Virus record (IMG/VR): IMGVR_UViG_3300027791_000079
Location: 1 to 32,488 of that record
Length of the DNA: 32,488 nt
Source: a virus
Lineage: Duplodnaviria > Caudoviricetes
Strand: one strand, 5' to 3'
A program made the position numbers and the translations under genes. Within the stretch, counting starts at the first letter, position 1. Every line of letters starts with the position of its first letter. Positions 16,824 through 26,300 of the stretch are shown here, in pieces. The notes under the pieces are model-generated. The model saw nothing but the letters and a program-made list of their open reading frames with translations. It searched no databases and was not told where the DNA came from.

Positions 16824-19448
16824 TTAGCCAGATACATTTCCTTCGTCTGGTAAGATAGTGCGTCTAGGAAATAAGACATGAAAATCTTTAGAGTCGATAG
16901 GGTTAGGCTCTGGAGAAGCACTCGGTAGTCCTGTCCATGCGGGCGGACTAACATTATTATCATAGTCAAACGTAACAGATTTATCTACAGTTATTCTATC
17001 TAACTGGAAGTTAATTGTGTTTAATGTATACGGTCTTCCTAAAGGATCTAACCATAATGTTTCAATATTATTCTTAATCGTTGCTGATGTTCCTGGTTTA
17101 CAATAAGCAATGACCCAAGCAGGAGTGTAACCTAATGTCGAACCATTTGCTTGTTGACTTGTCATCCATTCAGGAAGCAATCTAAAGTCAAATTCTTGTC
17201 CTAAGTTTGTGCCTGTTCTGTCTCTCATGTTGGGTAGACTGTTTGGGAATAAGTTTCTTGCATATCCTGGAGTCAAACTTGTATAGTAGCCTGGTTGACT
17301 TGTTTCTGTTAATAAAGGCAAACCACTTTCATCAGATAATAACTGTTCTTCAAATGTTTCTTGTGTTTCTATCTGCTGTCCTGCAGGTGTTGTATTAACA
17401 TAACTTGTATATACATCAGTCACACTTGTATACCAAGGCCCTTTGTTTAATGGTATGTTTCTTGGCCATATTATTTCTTCACTAACACTTTTGCCTTTAG
17501 GATTAACTAAGTTGTCTTGTACTTCTGAGTACACAACTTCATATACTACTGTACCAGCCGCATTCTTTGCAACTGCTGTTTTTAATTGGCCTAATGTAAT
17601 ATATCTCCAATAATGATTCTTAGTAATAGCGGCTACATACTCATCAAAGTCACTTGCATAGATTCCATATGCATGTTCATATGTAATGTTTGTTGCTTTA
17701 CCAAAGTTAACATCGTCAGATCGATATAAGTCTGCTGTTGGAATAAGTGTAGTGTTATTAAGCAATCCTTTAATTATATTTCTATCTGCAACACCCGGAA
17801 CACATTTAATATATAATGTATCAGTAGGTTGATCAAATTCTTGTACAATTTTTAATGTAAATGTTCTACTAGAATGTACAACAGGGTAAAGAGATGAATA
17901 TGCTTCGATTGTAAAGTCAAATTCTGTTTCAGTATTTTTATTTAAAAACGTGTCTGTAGGTTGATACGATACTGTACCTGATATCTCTCCGTTATCTAAT
18001 AACTTTAACTCAGGGGGTAATTTTCCGCTTGTTACTCTGTAGTTAAGTGTAACATCTGATGTCGCACTTACAGATAAAATAGATGTTTCACTATTATTCA
18101 TCTTACCAAGATCGCTAGGGGTAACCCATGTAACTGTACCTAATATATTATTAGAAACTGTCATCTTAAATTTAAATACAGAACTCTGTACGTTAGTAAA
18201 ACTTGCTTTTCTTACGTTCACACTAAATGCATAGTTTGAAATGCTGTCAGCGGCGATTGTAGGCGTTCCTGTGATCCATCCTGTAGTAGAGTCTCCTACT
18301 AACCCTAAGGGTAAATCTATAAATTGATACTCTAAAGCATCTCCATCAAAGTCTTTACCGAGCATTCTCCATGAGAAGTATTCTCCACTTGGATATGTTC
18401 CGATATTTGCTTCTGTACCGGGAGAATATGTTGTGTTTATATCATCATTAGGAAATACATAATAACCATAGTTAGTTGGATCATTTGTTGCAACATCAAA
18501 TGTTGTAGGCCTAGTATTCAATATACTCGGTGTTCTAGTATTACCCGGGAAGCCAGGTCCTCCTGCACTAATTGGTGCATTTTGATTTGCAACAACAATG
18601 TTATATGATTCTAATGCATTACCTAATGGTGATGATAGTTCTAATGTAAATGAATATGTCTGTACTGTTGGTTCACCTGTTTGAATCTGTGGTAATGAGG
18701 CATTGAATGTACCTACACCATCAACAAGAACCTCTGCTGTTCCACCACGTGCGCCTGAGATTGTAAATGTAGTTGCAGTTAGAATATCTTTGACATAATA
18801 AGTTCTATTAACTACGATGTCTCCGTATACAGTTCCAGAAAATGTAATAGGTCTTTCTTTAACAAAGCCAGTTGTACTTAATACTGTTAAAATACTAGAT
18901 GATATTGCTAAGACTGATGTAGTTACAGCACTATAATTAATATTAATAACAGGTGGTTCTGGGTAGCCTCTTAATAATCCTTTACTGTTTAATTCTAAGC
19001 CTGGAGGTAAACTACCTTGCACTTTTCTTATTAATACTGGATTAGATGCTACTGGATTATTATATTCTATTTGTAATTCTCTCCACACCGTGTCGTTTGT
19101 GTTTAGTATTGTTCCAGTTGGTGTAGCAAATGTAGGTGTAGCAACTCCACTAATAATTGTACTAAAAGTTCTATCTGCTATGCGTTGATTATCACCTGTA
19201 TAATCATCTGTTGCTCTTACAGCAAAGTTGTATGTAGTATCAGAGCCGACGATGCCGGGTGTTCCTGATAGTATACCTGTTGTACTATTCAATGTTAATC
19301 CTGTAGGAAGAGCACCACTAAGTACAGCATATGTAATTTTTGTAGCAGGAGCAATAGGTGTTGCTGAAAAAGTAAATGTCATAGCAACTTGCGACGGGTA
19401 TGTGCCGATAGAGCCTGCTGTAGTTACCCATGTAGGATGGTTGCTCAT
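16824..19448 (-). CDS. Structural protein with multiple putative Ig-like (He_PIG-type) domains; baseplate/tail associated
   Basis: Four repeats of the G.LP.GL.L...G.(I/L).G.P type (GALPTGLTLNSTTGILSGTP, GSLPPGLEL, LPLGLVGDSTTGWITGTP, GKLPPELKL). Confidence 0.75.
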   Translation of the reverse strand: MSNHPTWVTTAGSIGTYPSQVAMTFTFSATPIAPATKITYAVLSGALPTGLTLNSTTGILSGTPGIVGSDTTYNFAVRATDDYTGDNQRIADRTFSTIISGVATPTFATPTGTILNTNDTVWRELQIEYNNPVASNPVLIRKVQGSLPPGLELNSKGLLRGYPEPPVININYSAVTTSVLAISSSILTVLSTTGFVKERPITFSGTVYGDIVVNRTYYVKDILTATTFTISGARGGTAEVLVDGVGTFNASLPQIQTGEPTVQTYSFTLELSSPLGNALESYNIVVANQNAPISAGGPGFPGNTRTPSILNTRPTTFDVATNDPTNYGYYVFPNDDINTTYSPGTEANIGTYPSGEYFSWRMLGKDFDGDALEYQFIDLPLGLVGDSTTGWITGTPTIAADSISNYAFSVNVRKASFTNVQSSVFKFKMTVSNNILGTVTWVTPSDLGKMNNSETSILSVSATSDVTLNYRVTSGKLPPELKLLDNGEISGTVSYQPTDTFLNKNTETEFDFTIEAYSSLYPVVHSSRTFTLKIVQEFDQPTDTLYIKCVPGVADRNIIKGLLNNTTLIPTADLYRSDDVNFGKATNITYEHAYGIYASDFDEYVAAITKNHYWRYITLGQLKTAVAKNAAGTVVYEVVYSEVQDNLVNPKGKSVSEEIIWPRNIPLNKGPWYTSVTDVYTSYVNTTPAGQQIETQETFEEQLLSDESGLPLLTETSQPGYYTSLTPGYARNLFPNSLPNMRDRTGTNLGQEFDFRLLPEWMTSQQANGSTLGYTPAWVIAYCKPGTSATIKNNIETLWLDPLGRPYTLNTINFQLDRITVDKSVTFDYDNNVSPPAWTGLPSASPEPNPIDSKDFHVLFPRRTILPDEGNVSG

Positions 19449-19906
19449 CGATTTAATCCTAGAGAGTAGTGTGTTTTACCACCTACTTTAGATGCAGTCA
19501 AAGATTTCTTTCTATTACCTTCTGTATTGTAGGTAACATGTACCCAACCAGAGTCTGGTATGCCCGGAGTATAAAACTCTAAGATGACTTGATCAAAGTC
19601 AGTATGTCTTTCGATCCATTTAGCAACCTCAAATGTAGAGACACCGGGGACTTCAATGTCTGCCGCTTGTCCTTTACAATGTTGTGATTTTGCACTTCCA
19701 CCTACTGCTTTATTTAAGGCATCCCCACGATATCCACTGTTAATAGTAGTAGGTCCGAAATGTTCTCTGACTTTTTGCAATACATTTTCACAGAGAGCCT
19801 TTGCATTTGCTAAATGTTCTTCAGGCATAGTGTTATCTAAACCTTGACGTATAGCAGTTTGACTTTTTTCAAACTCTGTTAATGTAAAATTATTGCTAAG
19901 TTTCAT
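19445..19906 (-). CDS. Peptidase M15 family Zn peptidase (cell-wall hydrolase / endolysin candidate)
   Basis: INSGYR, SQH-x6-D (SQHCKGQAADI) and WVH zinc ligands. Start reassigned to ATG 19906 (MKLSNNFTLTEF, AAGGA RBS). ATGA overlap with the next gene. Confidence 0.88.
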   Translation of the reverse strand: MKLSNNFTLTEFEKSQTAIRQGLDNTMPEEHLANAKALCENVLQKVREHFGPTTINSGYRGDALNKAVGGSAKSQHCKGQAADIEVPGVSTFEVAKWIERHTDFDQVILEFYTPGIPDSGWVHVTYNTEGNRKKSLTASKVGGKTHYSLGLNR

Positions 19907-19938
19907 TTGTTTTTTATCCTTCTTAAAGATGCAAAACA

Positions 19939-22900
19939 TTATGCATATGTTGCGCCAACAGTATACCATGCTGATGAACTATGTGCTACAAATTGAATAT
20001 GTCCTTTAGGACCTATTGACATTGCCCCAGGGCTACCATCAATGTTATCACCCGGTGCCGGATATACTTTTAATATATTTGATGCTGATATATTTTTAAT
20101 GTATAGACATAAACCTGCAACGGCTGTCATTAGTAAAACACCATTGTCATTGCTAGGTGTTGTTACTGTGAATATATCTGCTCCGGCTACTGCTGTAGCA
20201 CCTGCTAGATTTGTTCCGGTTGCAGTTACTGTTGTTACGTCTTTAATAATGTGAGTCTGATTAGTTATATTACCAGACACTGTTAAGTTAGTTAATGTAC
20301 CAACAGAAGTAACGTTCGGCTGTGATGCCCCTGTAATATCTAATGCTAGTGCTGAACTACCTGCTGATGTTGCATATGTTGCGTTTGCTACTGTTCCAGA
20401 AATATTAGCGGATGCTACATTTGATAGGCCGCCACCATCACCTGTAAATAATCCTGTATTTGCTACTACTGCTGATGCTGTTATAATTCCATTGACACCT
20501 AATCCTGATAGTGTACCAAGAGATGTAATGCTTGGTTGTGCCGCAGTTGTTACTGTACCTGAAGTTGTGGCTGTTGTAGCACTTGATACTGTACCTGATA
20601 CATTAGCTCCTGCTACTGAGTTTGCTACTTGAGCAAAGTCAACTTCACCTGAAACATTTTGTCCTGTGATTGCTGTTAAATTTGCTCCATCTCCAGATAC
20701 ATATGTAAACACACCACCTGTGCCTGACACATTCCCTGCAGACACACTACCAGTGACTGATAATGATGACAATGTACCGACACTTGTGATGTTTGGTTGT
20801 GCGGCTGTTGTTACTGTACTTGCTGTAGTTGCTGATGTTGCACTTGTTACTACTCCACTTACATTAGCACCTGCTACTGCATTAGCAGTAGTTGCAAAAG
20901 CAACTGCCCCAGATACATTAGCACCAGCAACTGCGTTTGCTGTTGCCGCGAATGTAACTTCTCCACTTACATTAGCACCTGCTACTGCGTTTGCTGTAGT
21001 TGCGAATGTTGCTAAAGTTGCTGTAGGAACAGCGCCTGTTATATTTGCACCTGGTATATTAGTTAATCCGTTGCCGTTGCCGATGAATGTTCCACTACCG
21101 CCTGCAATTGTAATGTTACCAGCGTTTGTAATTAGATCACTGTTAGTGTTTAAGTTTCCACTTAATATTAATGAACTTAAAGTACCAACAGATGTGATAT
21201 TTGGTTGTGCTATTGTTGTTAGACTTCCGCCTAATATTCCAGCAGATACTCCGCCGGCAGCAATAATAGAGCCGGGTGTATTTAAGTTACCTGTTGTTTT
21301 ATTGAATGTAAATCCTGTGTTACCAGCATAATCAGAGCCACCGTCATTAAATATGACCTGTGTATCTGAACCTTGAGCCGGTACTAATGTTGCACTATCA
21401 AAAGATAAAGTACCAGCGCCATCTGTTTTTAAGAATGATCCTGCTGTACCACCAGTAACTGTTACATTACTTACGGGTCCTAAATTAGATGTGCTATTAA
21501 AGTTTATGTTGTTGTCAATACCTGCAGATACTGATAATGAACCTAATACTTCTACCTTGGTTCCAGTATTCTTAACTTGTAATATGTTTGCAGTTCCACC
21601 TACTGTAACTCTGAACGGTCCACTAGCATCAAGTCTTGCTTCACTTGTGCCGTTTTCGATATATGAACCTGTTGATACAGATATGTTTGATAGACCACCA
21701 CCGTCACCTGTAATTAATCCAGTTGTAGTTAAGTTTCCGGCAGTTACATTTCCTGTAACATCTAATGATGTTAATGTGCCTGTACTTGTTATGTTTGGTT
21801 GTGCGGCAGTTTCTACTGTACCTGTTGTAACAGCATATGTTGCATTTGCTACAGTACCTGATATGTTTGCGCCAGCAACTGAGTTTGAAACTGCTGAGAA
21901 TCCAACTTCACCACTGACATTAGCACCTGCTATTGCGTTTGCTGTAGTTGCGAATGCTACTGCTCCACTTACATTAGCGCCTGCTACTGCGTTTGCTGTA
22001 GTTGCGAATGCTACTGCTCCACTGACGTTTGCACCTGCTACTGCATTTGCAGTTCCAGCGAATGTTGCTAAGTTTATAGTACCTATTACATTACCGGCTG
22101 CCACTGCATTTGCTGTTGCGGCATTAGTTACTTCACCTGATACATTAGCGCCTGCGACTGCATTAGCAGTAGTTGCAAAAGCAACTGCTCCGCTTACATT
22201 AGCACCAGCAACTGCGTTTGCAGTTCCAGCGAATGTTACTGCACCACTTACGTTAGCACCTGCAACTGAGTTTGCGATTGCGGCATTAGTTACTTCACCT
22301 GAGACATTTGCTCCGGCTACTGCGTTAGCGGTCGATGCGAATGTTACTGCACCTGAAACATTTGCACCAGCTACAGAGTTTGATACTGCGGCATGTGAAA
22401 CTTCTCCGGTTACATTAGCACCTGCAACAATATTTGCAGTTGCGGCATTCGTTACTTGTCCAGTAACGTTTGCTCCTGTGATGTTTGATAAGCCTCCGCC
22501 ATCTCCAGTGAATAAACCTGTGTTAGCAGTGAATGCTACCGCAGTAACGGTTGACTGAACAGCTAGTGTTGTCAACGTACCTAATGATGTTATGTTTGGT
22601 TGTGCTATAGTTGATACTGTACCTGCAGTTGTTGCTAATGGTACAGTTCCAGTTACATTAGCACCAGCGATTGCTGATAGTCCAGCTCCATTACCACTGA
22701 CATTTGCGGCTATAAGAGCGGCAGACAATGTTATGTTGTTGGCATTAATGTTTCCATTACCAGATGTTGCATTTGCTAATATGTATCCGAAGTCTCCGGA
22801 CACATTACCTATAATTGCATTACCTTGTATTGAGTTTGATACTATTACGTCACTGATATTTGCTACAGTGTTAGGTATATCAATATATAATGTTTGAGTC

Positions 22901-23205
22901 GAGTCTGTGATAGTTGCACTACCACCTGGGGAGCCGTTTCCGGGTGCATCTCTAGTTAATGATAACGTTGTTGAAGTAAACTGTACGCAAGATATGTTAG
23001 CACCTAAGACAACGTTTCCTACTGGGGAACCGTTCACTAAGTATACTCCCGGCCCTGCTGTCTTGTTAACTGATACTACTGCTTGATCGCCTAATCCAGC
23101 GAATACTTCTGTAAAATTTAACTGAACTTTCTCAAATGCCGATCGTATAGCATCTGCATCTGGATCGTCAGGGAATGCTCCGAAGTCAATATTTCTTTGT
23201 GCCAT
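19939..23205 (-). CDS. Long tail fibre-like protein with 18-aa tandem repeats
   Basis: N-terminal D...D..R.AF.K...NF.E phage fibre motif. Ala/Gly/Thr/Asn-rich, with AGANVSG.V..A..AN.V and AQPNITS.GTL repeats. Confidence 0.8.
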   Translation of the reverse strand: MAQRNIDFGAFPDDPDADAIRSAFEKVQLNFTEVFAGLGDQAVVSVNKTAGPGVYLVNGSPVGNVVLGANISCVQFTSTTLSLTRDAPGNGSPGGSATITDSTQTLYIDIPNTVANISDVIVSNSIQGNAIIGNVSGDFGYILANATSGNGNINANNITLSAALIAANVSGNGAGLSAIAGANVTGTVPLATTAGTVSTIAQPNITSLGTLTTLAVQSTVTAVAFTANTGLFTGDGGGLSNITGANVTGQVTNAATANIVAGANVTGEVSHAAVSNSVAGANVSGAVTFASTANAVAGANVSGEVTNAAIANSVAGANVSGAVTFAGTANAVAGANVSGAVAFATTANAVAGANVSGEVTNAATANAVAAGNVIGTINLATFAGTANAVAGANVSGAVAFATTANAVAGANVSGAVAFATTANAIAGANVSGEVGFSAVSNSVAGANISGTVANATYAVTTGTVETAAQPNITSTGTLTSLDVTGNVTAGNLTTTGLITGDGGGLSNISVSTGSYIENGTSEARLDASGPFRVTVGGTANILQVKNTGTKVEVLGSLSVSAGIDNNINFNSTSNLGPVSNVTVTGGTAGSFLKTDGAGTLSFDSATLVPAQGSDTQVIFNDGGSDYAGNTGFTFNKTTGNLNTPGSIIAAGGVSAGILGGSLTTIAQPNITSVGTLSSLILSGNLNTNSDLITNAGNITIAGGSGTFIGNGNGLTNIPGANITGAVPTATLATFATTANAVAGANVSGEVTFAATANAVAGANVSGAVAFATTANAVAGANVSGVVTSATSATTASTVTTAAQPNITSVGTLSSLSVTGSVSAGNVSGTGGVFTYVSGDGANLTAITGQNVSGEVDFAQVANSVAGANVSGTVSSATTATTSGTVTTAAQPSITSLGTLSGLGVNGIITASAVVANTGLFTGDGGGLSNVASANISGTVANATYATSAGSSALALDITGASQPNVTSVGTLTNLTVSGNITNQTHIIKDVTTVTATGTNLAGATAVAGADIFTVTTPSNDNGVLLMTAVAGLCLYIKNISASNILKVYPAPGDNIDGSPGAMSIGPKGHIQFVAHSSSAWYTVGATYA
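20840..21005 (-). repeat. Second, shorter block of 54-nt repeats in the tail fibre gene
   Basis: Three AGANVSG units. Boundaries approximate. Confidence 0.8.
21850..22480 (-). repeat. Tandem 54-nt (18-aa) repeat array, about 12 degenerate units
   Basis: Periodic AGAN(V/I)(S/T)G units in the translation. The two units around 21910-22020 are nearly identical in DNA. Boundaries approximate. Confidence 0.88.
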
Positions 23206-23227
23206 AGCAATTCTTTCCTAATAGTAG

Positions 23228-23235
23228 TATTTATC
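23228..23235 (-). promoter_or_regulatory. T4-late-like promoter (GATAAATA)
   Basis: Upstream of the tail fibre ATG 23205 and downstream of a terminator. Confidence 0.7.
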
Positions 23236-23270
23236 TTTGTTAAACAGATGCCGCTATATAGGCAATAGCC

Positions 23271-23299
23271 AAAAAAATACCCGACTTAGCCGGGTATTT
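23271..23299 (-). terminator. Rho-independent terminator
   Basis: aaatacccg/cgggtattt stem running into a U7 tract on the minus strand. Confidence 0.85.
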
Positions 23300-23324
23300 A
23301 AACGGGTTCAACGTTATATTATTT

Positions 23325-26300
23325 TTATTTGCTTAACTCATCCATCTTAAGCATTAGACCTGCTAGGCCATCATGTGACATTACAGAGCCTTCTTTAACT
23401 AAGTCAGCACCATTGTAGCCAGTGCGATCATTTTGACCTGCAATAACTGGAATAGTTGTTTGACCTGTTGATTTCTGCTTGTTAAGTCCACCTGAGATTA
23501 CTTTAGTCATAAAGTCGATATCTTGTTCAAATGAAGTTTCTGTGCCGTTTTTACCAGCATCGTTAGCCCATTCAGTAAGTTCTTCTTCTTCTTTCGTGTC
23601 TCCACATGCTTCATCAACCTCTTTCTCAGAATCGCCTTTCTTACCTTTCTTTTTATCTTGGTATGCTTTTAGACCTGCGGGTATCTTACCTTCTTCTAAG
23701 TCATCGTCTTCTGCTACTGCAAACTCTCTTTGATCTTCAGTTTGTGTCTCAGTGATTTCTTCGTTCTCAGTGTCGTTTACATCGTCCTTAGGTGCATCCT
23801 CTGCGCCTTCTTTAGTTAATAGTCTTTCATCATCGTGTTGTGATAATGGCTGAGTAGGTTCTTCTGATGCTTCTGCTCCTACTTCTGAAAGCATAGCCAT
23901 CATTTCTTTTAAATGATCATGTTCTTCGTCTCTGCTACCGAACTTGCCATATGAATCGTCTCTACGATCTTTCATAGACTGTTTCTTATCAGATTCTTTA
24001 CCAGTACGCATGCCTAATGACTCATCTTCTTTGTCATCATAACCTTGATCTTCATGCATTTCATCATATTCAATATCTTTAGTAACATCTTTGCCGTCTT
24101 TGCCTGGATGTCTGCGATCATCGTAGTCTGCATCATGTGCAACTTCTCTACCTGCTTTTTCAGCATGATCATCTCTTTCTACATCTGATTCTTCATCGAC
24201 TTTTTTGTCACCTTCAGTAGATGCATTCCAATCATACTTGTCATATAATCCTGCATCTTTTTCTTCTTCTACAGCATCATAGCCTTGACTCATTTCATCA
24301 ATCATGCCCATCATTTCTTCTAATGATTTTTCTCTATGCTCTGAATCTCTTTTTCCAAACTTACCGTAAGAGTCATCTCTACGTGCTTTGTCTGATTGTT
24401 TGTGATCTGATTCTTTGCCTGTTCTCATGCCCAATGACTCATCTTCTTTGTCATCATAGCCTTGTTCTTCATGCATATCGTCTGCTTGAGGTTTGACATC
24501 ATGGTCGTCTTCATACTCTTTGATGTCTCTGTGTTCTTCATCTCTCTTACCGAATTTACCGTAAGAGTCATCTCTACGATCTTTCATTGATTGATGCTTG
24601 CCTGATTCTTTACCTGTTCTCATGCCTAATGACTCGTCTTCTTTGTCATCATATCCTTGAGTTTCTTCCATAGACTTATCGCCACATCCTTCTTCCATAG
24701 CATGTTTATCACCGCATGATTCACATGCCGCGTCATCTACTTGTACATCAATGTCAGTACCTGGTGCTTCTACTTCGTCTTCAAAGTCTCCGTTAGGCAT
24801 ATCTACTATACCCATTAACTTAAGCATGTCATCATGTGAACCTTGTGGTTCTACTTCTACTTCAGGACTACCATAAAATGATCCAGTGTCTACTACTTCA
24901 GCATCAACATCAGCAACTTCTGCATCTCCATATTGACCTAAGCCAACATCTTTAACAAACTTGATTAACTTGTCTGCTTCTGCATCTGTTGCATTAACAC
25001 TAACTCTATCTGGTGTATTTTCTTCACCTTGAGTGATAGACATTGTATAGCCTTCATCAAGTTTTGATTTCATTTCTTTTTTACAATGATCAATCATTGT
25101 TTTTAATTTACCTTGATCACAGTTCGGATGCATTTTGCAAATCTCTGCTTTAGACTTTCCGTCTTTGCACATTTTTGTTATATGTGCTTTAGTAGGCATT
25201 CCATCTTTACCTTCAATTAAATGAAAATTTAGTTCTTGTTCTAATGATTCAAATGTCCACTCATCTTCTTCTAAGTATGCATCAGATTCTGTAGTTTTTG
25301 TGAATTCTTTTCCACCTACTTCAAACTTATCACCTGTATGTGCTTTTGCAAGTGCTCCTGAGAATGCATTACCTTCTTCAAATTCGTCTTCAGAAACTTC
25401 TCTTTCGACTGTTTGTGCGTCCCAATCATACTTGTCATATGCACCGGCATCATCTGCACCAACGTTTCCGTCTGGAGAAGATTCTGCTTCGCCCATTGCA
25501 CCATAAGATGCCATAGTATCTACAACTTCGCCTTCATTTTCATTAGTATTATCTGCGGCTTGTTGTGCTTTATGACCTAGATATGCTCCTGCTACAGTAC
25601 CTGATACACTAGGTAAAAAGCCTGCTTTTGCACCTAATACTCCACCTGCTACTGCTCCAGCTACGCCTTCTTCCATACCTGCGATTGGTTCATTTCTGAT
25701 TCCCATGCCACATGCTTCGTCTAAGCCTTCTTTATAGCCTTCGTGGTATGCTCTTGCACCTTCAGAACCTTCGTCATGAGGACATGAATATCCACCTTTA
25801 CATAAACCATGAGCATGACCCATGTGCTTTGCCGCTTTAAGAATGTGATGTGCGCCTTCTTTTAAGTTTGTTTTTGTATTTTTAATCATAATATTAAGTT
25901 CTTTTTTATTGCACTTAGGGTGCAGTTGTTGTATAGCAGATGTTGATAAACCTTCGTTACACATAGATTTCAAACGTGAAATACTTGGTAAGTTACGAGA
26001 TTTACTCTCTACATAAGTTTCTGGTGATGCTTTTCCGTCTGTCTTTCCTTTAGGATTTAAGACTTTGCCTTTCGCCGCTTTAGGGTTATTAGTAGGTTTC
26101 ACATCATAGTCCTTAGTTTTTTCTTTTACTAGCTGAGGTGTGTCAGCATCGTTGGCTGCCAATGCGGCGTTTGCCGCGGCATTACCTTTTTCATCATTAG
26201 ATGAATTGTGTGATCCGTCATCTGGCCCGTATTGAGCGGCCATATTAGCGCCTTCTTTTACTTTTTTACCTGAGATTACACTTTGAGTATTAGATCCATT

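Noticed and set aside
19907-19969. Extended N-terminus of the M15 peptidase resembling a signal/SAR segment
   Set aside because: Overlaps the fibre gene end. ATG 19906 has a good RBS and a typical family start.
20666-22897. Long plus-strand ORFs (221, 355 and 101 aa) antisense to the tail fibre gene
   Set aside because: Shadow frames caused by repetitive Ala/Thr/Val/Gly codons lacking antisense stops. No RBS or independent protein features.
21850-24659. Repeat arrays considered as CRISPR or diversity-generating retroelement repeats
   Set aside because: Repeats are in-frame, codon-degenerate coding repeats without a constant repeat and unique spacer pattern. No cas or reverse transcriptase gene, and no adenine-specific variation noticed.
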